This document shows positions 16,946-23,091 of a DNA stretch of 23,091 nucleotides, piece by piece. This DNA comes from Chthonomonadales bacterium. Lineage in GTDB: Bacteria > Armatimonadota > Chthonomonadetes > Chthonomonadales > Chthonomonadaceae. The number at the start of each line of letters is the position of its first letter. Positions within the stretch are counted from its first letter, which is position 1. The notes beneath the pieces are model-generated. The model was given only the letters and a program-made list of their open reading frames with translations, was not told the DNA's origin and searched no databases. The DNA is taken from positions 1 to 23,091 of the forward strand of contig JBBQPO010000066.1 of assembly GCA_038217285.1 (NCBI GenBank). Direction: 5' to 3'. Position numbers and translations under genes: made by a program.

Positions 16946-17836
16946 ATGCAGCTAGCCGCGATTACGGATGAGATCTCACAGGATTTTGAACACGCGCTCG
17001 ATGTCATGCTGGAGTACGGCGCGACCGGTGCAGAACTGCGGGGGCTGTGGGGAACCAATATCGCCGACCTGACGGACGATCAGGCCGACCGGGCCAAAGC
17101 CGCCCTTCGGGAGAGGGAGATGCAGACCGTCTGCCTCGCTACCCCTTTTTTCAAGTGTGATCTGGCGCTGGAAGCGCCGAATCCCGGCGAAGCAGCCGGA
17201 GCGATGCATCTGGCCACACCGCGCGGGCTGGAACAGCAGATGGAGTTATTGACGCGGTGCATCCGTCTGGCGCATCGCTTTGAGACTCCGCTCCTCCGTG
17301 TCTTTACCTTCTGGCGCAAGGAGGCGCTCACTCCGGCCATCGAAGCACGAATCGTCGATGCGTTTGCGGCTCCCCTGGCCCTGGCGGAGCGCGAAGGCGT
17401 CGTCCTGGGACTGGAGAACGAATACGCCTGTTTCATCGGCACCGGAGCGGAAGCGGCGCGGATCGCCTCTGCGATCAACTCTCCATACCTGAAAATCGTC
17501 TGGGATCCAGGCAACGCGTACTTCGCAGGAGAGACGCCCTACCCGGCCGGATATGACGCGATCAAACCGTGGCTCACCCATTTCCATGTGAAGGATGGAC
17601 ATCTCGTGGAAACCGCAGATCAGGGTCCACAGGTGCGCTGGTGCGTCGTCGGCGGCGGTGAGATCGACTACGTCGCGCAGTTCGCCGCACTGAAACGAGA
17701 TCGGTACACGGGTTGGATCTCTCTTGAAACACACTTCCGGCCGGAGACGGGCGCCGGCCCGGACGGTCAAGGTACGCCGGAAGAAGGATCACGTCCCTGC
17801 CTGGCCGCACTGCGGTCGATGCTCGGTGCGTCCTGA
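16946..17836 (+). CDS. Sugar phosphate isomerase/epimerase (xylose isomerase-like TIM barrel, AP_endonuc_2)
   Basis: 'LAAITDEISQD', 'LGLENE', 'VWDPGN', 'HFHVKD', 'YTGWISLETH'. Start ATG 16946 (GAGGA upstream) or 16928. Confidence 0.9.
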   Translation: MQLAAITDEISQDFEHALDVMLEYGATGAELRGLWGTNIADLTDDQADRAKAALREREMQTVCLATPFFKCDLALEAPNPGEAAGAMHLATPRGLEQQMELLTRCIRLAHRFETPLLRVFTFWRKEALTPAIEARIVDAFAAPLALAEREGVVLGLENEYACFIGTGAEAARIASAINSPYLKIVWDPGNAYFAGETPYPAGYDAIKPWLTHFHVKDGHLVETADQGPQVRWCVVGGGEIDYVAQFAALKRDRYTGWISLETHFRPETGAGPDGQGTPEEGSRPCLAALRSMLGAS

Positions 17837-17889
17837 GCCGAAACTATTTAGCCTCACCTCCGAACAACTTCCGATAAGGATGTCTTTTC

Positions 17890-19845
17890 ATGTCTGATCC
17901 GATAGGAAATATAATTTCCATTACCTGGTGGCGCACGGTTTTTCAAAAGACCGGCCGCGTCTTCGGCTGGGGTTGTGCACTCGTCTTTGGGATACCGCTG
18001 GTCATCGGTTTTGGCTGGAACCAGTTCTCCGGGCGTAACAATCAAAATATGGGCGCCGCCGCCCGCGATGCGACGTTGATGACCGTCAACGGGGAATCGG
18101 TCCCGATGAGCGACTACTACAGGATCACTCAGCGCGTCAAGATGGGGGCGCCTGGCGAGGAGTTCGCCCGGAACACCGGGAATGCGATCTATCGACTTGT
18201 AGGACAGGTGGTTCTCTTCCAGGAAGCCAAACGTACCGGCGTGAAGGCCAATGATGCGGAGGTCGATAAGGCCATCCAGGACTACAAGATGCAGCAGGTC
18301 GGAAAGAACGCGACCGATCTGGACCTGGAGAACTACCTTTCCCAGTCCCAACATCTGACGACCGCAGAGTTTCGCGAACAGGTTGCAAAGAGTTACCTTG
18401 GCAAAGCCCTGCTCGACGATGCTAAAAACAGAGCCGTCGTAACGGAAGAGGAAGCGCGCAATCAGACCGCAGAGGTGAGCCTGAACACGGTCCTCATCCC
18501 CACTATTCCTGCAACGCGGATTCCTGCCGCGCGCCCCGACCCGAAGGCGCTGCCCGACGCGGACGCAAAGAAGAAGGCGGAAGCGCTGTTGGCGGAGGTG
18601 AAGAGCGGGAAGATGGACATCACCGCCGTTGCGAAGGCCAACTCCGCCGACTTCAACGCGAAGAAGGGCGGCGATACGGGCTTCCTGCCCGAGTATGAGA
18701 GCCAGGGAATGCCCTCCAGTATGGTGGCAATGTACTTCGGCAAAGATCTGGACGCGATAGTCCACAAGCTCAAGGTAGGCGAGTACACCGATGTAGTCAA
18801 AGCGACAGGTTTTCAGCCCGGATACATGTTCGCCAAGCTGGCCGGACGCCGCAACAATCTGCCCAAAGACTTTGCTCCCAAGAAAGTCGTCGATCAACTC
18901 AAGGAGAAGCGCGCGAGCGAGGCTCTTATGAAGAAGATCGAGGATCTGACCAAAACTGCGAAGGTAGAGTTTGCGGCAGACAGGATCGAACAGAAGGCCT
19001 ACTACGACTATTTCCTGTTCTCCAAAATGCAGGATGACAGGAGAATGGCGGCTGGCAGTCCGATAGGCGCCCCAACCCAAGAACAGATCGACAAGCAGCA
19101 GGCCCTGGCCGAATCGGAGATCGAAGCGGTCTATAAAAAAGATTCTACCAATACCACCGCGGCTGTCTTGATTCTCGATGCCGTCAAGCTCAAAATGTTC
19201 GATCCGAAGACGCCTCCGGCCGCGCAGGCGCAGTTGCGGGAGCGCCTCCTACCGCTCTATGAGAGCATTACAAAGGCGACCGAGGGCGATAACTACGCCT
19301 ACAGCTTCGGCCTCGGCGACGCCCAGCGTGACAAGAAACAGTTCGCCGCAGCGTACAAAACCTATCATCATATCGCTCATCTGCTTGACTTAGATATTCC
19401 TACCGATCTTAAAGCGATGCAGGACGCCAAGCAGGCCCATGAGCGGGTGGTGACGGCTTTGAAGAGCGTGGCCTCACCCGAAGTTCCGAACGCCGATAAG
19501 GAAGCCTCTGACCAGGGTCTCAAGGTCATGGAGCTGAATAACGCGATTCTTCAGGAGCAGATGAAGGCAGCCGTAGAGCGTAAACGTCAGGAGGACGAGC
19601 AGAAGAAGCAGAACGATCTGCTGAAACTCAATTCTCAGAAGCCTCCGAAGACCGGCGGCACCACCGGCGCGAACACGCCGGACGGTTTCGGAAAGTCTCT
19701 CGATCTCGGCTCGGCTGCGGGCACGAAGCCCGCAGCCCCGACATCCGGCCTCCCACCTAAAACCGTTACGACACCTGCGGCTCCGGTAACGCTACCTCCT
19801 GGCGGTCACTCGTCTCCGCCGCCTGCCGGTGGACCAGGCCGGTAA
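17890..19845 (+). CDS. Membrane-anchored SurA-N/parvulin (PpiD/PrsA-like) foldase with helical C-terminal region and Pro-rich tail
   Basis: N-terminal TM, 'MTVNGESV', 'QEAKRTGVKANDAEVD', parvulin-like 'AKKKAEALLAEVKSG...AKANSAD...GGDTGF'; AAGGA RBS. Confidence 0.8.
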   Translation: MSDPIGNIISITWWRTVFQKTGRVFGWGCALVFGIPLVIGFGWNQFSGRNNQNMGAAARDATLMTVNGESVPMSDYYRITQRVKMGAPGEEFARNTGNAIYRLVGQVVLFQEAKRTGVKANDAEVDKAIQDYKMQQVGKNATDLDLENYLSQSQHLTTAEFREQVAKSYLGKALLDDAKNRAVVTEEEARNQTAEVSLNTVLIPTIPATRIPAARPDPKALPDADAKKKAEALLAEVKSGKMDITAVAKANSADFNAKKGGDTGFLPEYESQGMPSSMVAMYFGKDLDAIVHKLKVGEYTDVVKATGFQPGYMFAKLAGRRNNLPKDFAPKKVVDQLKEKRASEALMKKIEDLTKTAKVEFAADRIEQKAYYDYFLFSKMQDDRRMAAGSPIGAPTQEQIDKQQALAESEIEAVYKKDSTNTTAAVLILDAVKLKMFDPKTPPAAQAQLRERLLPLYESITKATEGDNYAYSFGLGDAQRDKKQFAAAYKTYHHIAHLLDLDIPTDLKAMQDAKQAHERVVTALKSVASPEVPNADKEASDQGLKVMELNNAILQEQMKAAVERKRQEDEQKKQNDLLKLNSQKPPKTGGTTGANTPDGFGKSLDLGSAAGTKPAAPTSGLPPKTVTTPAAPVTLPPGGHSSPPPAGGPGR

Positions 19846-19877
19846 CCAGGTCGTATGCGCCATCCCATCCTACCTAC

Positions 19878-19909
19878 CGCTGCCTCCCACGCGAACGTGG
19901 GAGGCAGTG
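19878..19909 (+). terminator. Strong stem-loop after the foldase gene (terminator or RNA-stabilising hairpin)
   Basis: CGCTGCCTCCCACG-CGAA-CGTGGGAGGCAGTG: 12 perfect pairs plus 2 more; no U-tract. Confidence 0.55.
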
Positions 19910-19923
19910 TGGTTCCGACACCG

Positions 19924-20637
19924 ATGAGCACCGTACTTACCAGGCAGGTGGGCACACTTTTCGTTGTCTCCCTACCGACCGGTAATCCGGAAGACATCAC
20001 CCTGCGTGCACTGCGTATCCTCCGTGACGTCAGCCTGGTCGTGGCAGAGAATGGCCGCTCGGCTCGTAGCCTCCTCGATAGTTATAATATCGCTACGGAG
20101 GTCGTGTCCCAGGCACCGCGCGGCGGTCATCCTGCTCGTCTCGCTGCACTCTCGCGCCTGAATGACGGTCACGATGTGGCTCTTGTTGCAGACAGCGGCA
20201 CCCCAACCCTCGTCGATCCCGGCCTGTCTCTCGTCGCGTTGGCGTTGAAAAATGGCTATCGCGTCACGGCCGCGCCGGGAGCCACCGCCTGCATGACAGC
20301 GCTTGCGATCTCCGGAATGCCCTCAAGCCCCTTTTGCTTCCTCGGATTCCCGCCCCGTCGTGATCCCGAGCGAGCGGCCTACTTCGCGACCGTGGGAAGG
20401 AGCGGCCCAACGGTTGTTCTCTACGAATCCCGTCGCCTTCTGCGCTCGACAATCGCCGAATTAACCCTCCAAGTCGAAAATGCGCGAAAAATCGTCGTCG
20501 CATGTGATCTAACTCACACTAACGAATGGATATTCAGGGGTACAATATCAGCAGCAGCAACGGAGTTTGCGGGCCATAACCCCCCGGGCGCATACACGAT
20601 TGTCGTGGCTGGAAGACCTTCCTCCACCGACCGATAA
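19924..20637 (+). CDS. rsmI: RsmI-like tetrapyrrole-methylase-family SAM methyltransferase (divergent)
   Basis: 'GTLFVVSLPTGNPEDITLRALRIL', 'ALVADSGTPTLVDPG', 'PGATA', 'FLGFPP', 'LYES'. Start 19924 is preferred because the 19855 extension spans a hairpin. Confidence 0.75.
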   Translation: MSTVLTRQVGTLFVVSLPTGNPEDITLRALRILRDVSLVVAENGRSARSLLDSYNIATEVVSQAPRGGHPARLAALSRLNDGHDVALVADSGTPTLVDPGLSLVALALKNGYRVTAAPGATACMTALAISGMPSSPFCFLGFPPRRDPERAAYFATVGRSGPTVVLYESRRLLRSTIAELTLQVENARKIVVACDLTHTNEWIFRGTISAAATEFAGHNPPGAYTIVVAGRPSSTDR

Positions 20638-20708
20638 AGCACCCGAGTCTTCCAGGCCATTTGATCCCAAACAAGAAATATTTACATAACGCAGCCGTTT
20701 GGAGACAT

Positions 20709-20724
20709 TGGCACGGAATGTGCA
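20709..20724 (+). promoter_or_regulatory. Sigma54 (-24/-12) promoter
   Basis: TGGCACG-GAAT-GTGCA: GG-N10-GC, one mismatch to TGGCACG-N4-TTGCW, intergenic and correctly oriented. Confidence 0.7.
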
Positions 20725-20801
20725 AGACATAGAGTATGGGGTTGCCGTCAAAGGGTTGACGTTCCCCTGGAGAGATAGAAACAGGATAGTTAGGAGATTA
20801 T

Positions 20802-21641
20802 GTGGTGATGGATACTCTCCGTGAACGGAATGCTTCGATGCTCAGAACGGGTCCAGAGCGAGAGACGTCAGGGCACAATATGGATAGCGCGCAGACTGCA
20901 GTGAACCCTCCGTTCACCGCAGCAAATCTGTCAGATGAAGACGCCGGATTTGACCGTACCGTGCTGGCTTTCCTTGACTGTAAGGATCAGAGCCGCTTTT
21001 CCAACGACTACCTGAACCCGCTTTTCCCCCAGAAATCAGTCTCCTACGCCCCTCTGAAACGCCTGTTCGATTTTGTTTTTGCGGGTGGCGTCCTGATCCT
21101 GATCTCGCCGCTCATGATATTGATCGCCTGTATCATCAAGGCGACCGACCGAGGCCCTATTTTCTTCAAGCAGGTCCGGGTCGGCAAGGGCGGGCGTCTT
21201 TTCCACTGTTATAAATTTCGCTCCATGTGCATCGATGCCGAAGAGAAGAAGCAAGACCTCATGCACCTTAACGAGGCGAGCGGCCCCGTGTTCAAAATAA
21301 AGGCGGATCCGCGTGTCACGCCGATCGGTGCCTACATCCGCAAAATGAGTATCGATGAGCTTCCACAGTTCTTCAACGTAGTCCGAGGGGAGATGTCCAC
21401 CGTCGGCCCTCGCCCGCCGATCCCTTCGGAAGTCGAACAGTACGGCGAACACGAGCGCAAACGCCTGGCCGTTCACCCCGGAATCACCTGTCTTTGGCAG
21501 ATCGGTGGTCGGAGCAATCTCACCTTCGAGCGATGGGTCGAACTCGATATCGAATATATCGAGTCGATGTCGTTCGGCAAGGACGTCGCGATCATTCTGA
21601 AGACCGTCCCGGCCGTGTTGAAAAGCTCGGGAGCACACTGA
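20802..21641 (+). CDS. Priming sugar transferase (Bac_transf; undecaprenyl-phosphate glycosyl-1-phosphate transferase)
   Basis: 'KRLFDF', single TM, 'GPIFFKQVRVG', 'YKFRSM', 'DPRVT.IG', 'DELPQFFNV.RGEMS.VGPRP', 'PGITCLWQ'; AGGAGA RBS. Confidence 0.95.
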   Translation: MVMDTLRERNASMLRTGPERETSGHNMDSAQTAVNPPFTAANLSDEDAGFDRTVLAFLDCKDQSRFSNDYLNPLFPQKSVSYAPLKRLFDFVFAGGVLILISPLMILIACIIKATDRGPIFFKQVRVGKGGRLFHCYKFRSMCIDAEEKKQDLMHLNEASGPVFKIKADPRVTPIGAYIRKMSIDELPQFFNVVRGEMSTVGPRPPIPSEVEQYGEHERKRLAVHPGITCLWQIGGRSNLTFERWVELDIEYIESMSFGKDVAIILKTVPAVLKSSGAH

Positions 21642-21671
21642 TCGGACTGCATTGATCTTGATCGACATGAG

Positions 21672-21710
21672 GCGGCTTGCGTAGCGGGAGCTACGCAGGC
21701 CGTTTTCTTC
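21672..21710 (+). terminator. Rho-independent terminator
   Basis: GCGGCTTGCGTAGC-GGGA-GCTACGCAGGCCGT stem with GNRA loop, running into TTTTCTTC. Confidence 0.8.
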
Positions 21711-21836
21711 CGTCTCACCATGCCTGTCCGGTAATTATGGTCACCATTCCTACCGTACTAGGAGGTGTATGACGCAGTCGGAAGTCGCCGATCTGTTGCG
21801 TACATGACAGCCTTCCGAGGGCACGATGCAGAGCCC

Positions 21837-21876
21837 GGCGTAGGCGGGCGTAGGCAGGCGTAGGCAGGCGTAGGCA
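21837..21876 (+). repeat. 10-bp tandem repeat (GGCGTAGGCR) x4
   Basis: GGCGTAGGCG, then GGCGTAGGCA three times, running into GGTGAGGT (rfbA RBS). Confidence 0.9.
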
Positions 21877-21888
21877 GGTGAGGTATTT

Positions 21889-22779
21889 ATGAAAGGTATT
21901 GTCCTGGCGGGTGGCAGCGGCTCCCGCCTCTATCCCATAACGCAGGCGGTTTCGAAGCAGCTTTTACCAGTCTACGACAAGCCGATGATCTACTATCCGC
22001 TATCGGTAATGATGCTGGCCGGACTGCGCGATATCCTCCTGATCACCACTCCGCACGATCAGCCCTTGTTTGAGCGCTTACTCGGCGATGGCAGTCAGTA
22101 CGGCCTCTCCCTGCAGTATGCGATCCAGCCGCGCCCCGAGGGTCTGGCGCAGGCTTTTCTCATCGGACGCGATTTTCTGGCAGGTGGCGCCGCCAGCCTG
22201 ATCCTGGGCGACAACATCTTTTATGGACACGGATTTCCGGAACAGTTGCGCGTCGCATCGCAACTGGAACACGGCGCTAAAATATTCGGTTATCGCGTCC
22301 GAGACCCGCAGCGGTATGGTATCATGGAGTTTGATATCGAGGGCCGTGTGCTCTCCATCGAAGAAAAGCCTGCCCTCCCGAAATCGCCCTATGCGGTCGT
22401 CGGGCTCTACTTTTATGATCGACGCGTCTGCGATTTTGCAGGCTCGATCCAACCTTCCAAACGTGGCGAACTCGAGATAACCGACCTGAACAATCTCTAT
22501 CTGGCGGAAGGAACGCTCCAGGCAGAGCGCCTCAGTCGGGGAATGGCCTGGCTCGATACCGGCACCGTCGATTCGCTTCTGGAGGCTGGCAACTATATCG
22601 CCGCTATCGAACGACGCCAGGGTCTTAAGGTGGCCTGTCTGGAGGAGATCGCCTTCCAGTGCGGCTATATCGGAGCGGAACAGGTGCTACGCCTCGCCCA
22701 TTCGTATGGGAAGACGGAATACGCTCAGTATCTTGTGCATCTTGTCGCAGAAGGGCGCCAAAGCCTTCTGCTGGGATAG
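21889..22779 (+). CDS. rfbA: Glucose-1-phosphate thymidylyltransferase (RmlA)
   Basis: '[36 protein letters not shown]', '[10 protein letters not shown]', 'EEKP', 'RGELEITD', 'AWLDTGT'. Confidence 0.97.
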   Translation: MKGIVLAGGSGSRLYPITQAVSKQLLPVYDKPMIYYPLSVMMLAGLRDILLITTPHDQPLFERLLGDGSQYGLSLQYAIQPRPEGLAQAFLIGRDFLAGGAASLILGDNIFYGHGFPEQLRVASQLEHGAKIFGYRVRDPQRYGIMEFDIEGRVLSIEEKPALPKSPYAVVGLYFYDRRVCDFAGSIQPSKRGELEITDLNNLYLAEGTLQAERLSRGMAWLDTGTVDSLLEAGNYIAAIERRQGLKVACLEEIAFQCGYIGAEQVLRLAHSYGKTEYAQYLVHLVAEGRQSLLLG

Positions 22780-22785
22780 AAACCT

Positions 22786-23091
22786 ATGGTCGATGCAAAA
22801 TTTGAAATCCGGCGCATGAATCGTGCGGATCTGGACATTGCCTGGGAGTTCTGTATCGAAGAGGGCTGGAACCCCGGCAAATATGACCAGGAGGCGTTCT
22901 TTGCCGCCGATCCCAACGGCTTTTTCCTCGGCGAACTCGGCGGCGTTCCGGTCGGCTGCATCAGCGCCGTCGCCTACGACGACCGATTCGGCTTTATCGG
23001 GATCTACATCGTGCGACCGCCTTATCGGGGCCGGGGTTATGGACTCCAGTTGTTCCACGCAGCGCTCAACTATCTCGGAGATCGCATCATC
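22786..23091 (+). CDS. GNAT N-acetyltransferase, 3'-truncated (not in the ORF track)
   Basis: Manual translation: MVDAKFEIRRMNRADLDIAWEFCIEEGWNPG...GFIGIYIVRPPYRGRGYGLQLF..., with the acetyl-CoA motif RGRGYG; open to the window end. Confidence 0.9.
   Translation, partial: MVDAKFEIRRMNRADLDIAWEFCIEEGWNPGKYDQEAFFAADPNGFFLGELGGVPVGCISAVAYDDRFGFIGIYIVRPPYRGRGYGLQLFHAALNYLGDRII

Noticed and set aside
17854..19080. 408-aa minus-strand ORF
   Set aside because: Antisense to the well-supported foldase gene; no motifs.
19855..19923. N-terminal extension of the RsmI-like ORF
   Set aside because: It spans a strong hairpin, and family similarity begins after 19924.
21837..21876. Tandem repeat as a CRISPR array
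   Set aside because: Units are 10 bp, contiguous and without spacers; no cas genes.
22687..23058. 123-aa minus-strand ORF at the right end
   Set aside because: Antisense to the GNAT frame that is open from 22786 to the window end.
1..23091. Mobile elements, prophage, defence systems, tRNA/rRNA
   Set aside because: No transposase, integrase, phage, nuclease or structural RNA signatures seen; nearly all the sequence is explained by housekeeping-type CDSs.

Overview
A gene-dense, GC-rich bacterial chromosomal segment made up mostly of housekeeping genes. The gene content and style tentatively suggest an Armatimonadota-like organism; this is an unverified inference. From left to right: the 3' end of an ABC permease; a structured 122-nt intergenic region; a two-domain 6-pyruvoyl-tetrahydropterin synthase/QueD-family gene plus folE; a ~10.8 kb minus-strand run (two small coupled ORFs, membrane protein, PfkB kinase, GT4 glycosyltransferase, hypothetical protein, metallophosphoesterase, ftsE-ftsX-M23 peptidase, GH42-like protein); a divergent rex-sirC-hemA-ccsA/hemX tetrapyrrole operon with a clear Rex operator; a TIM-barrel sugar isomerase with a near-consensus sigma70 promoter; a SurA/parvulin-like chaperone; a divergent RsmI-like methyltransferase; a priming sugar transferase behind a sigma54-type promoter; a terminator; a leader with mini-ORFs and a 10-bp tandem repeat; rfbA; and a truncated GNAT. 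I saw no rRNA, tRNA, CRISPR array or mobile element. The best novelty candidates are the possible RNA switch before the pterin operon, the small-gene pair divergent from rex, the rfbA leader, and several proteins with degenerate or altered catalytic motifs.
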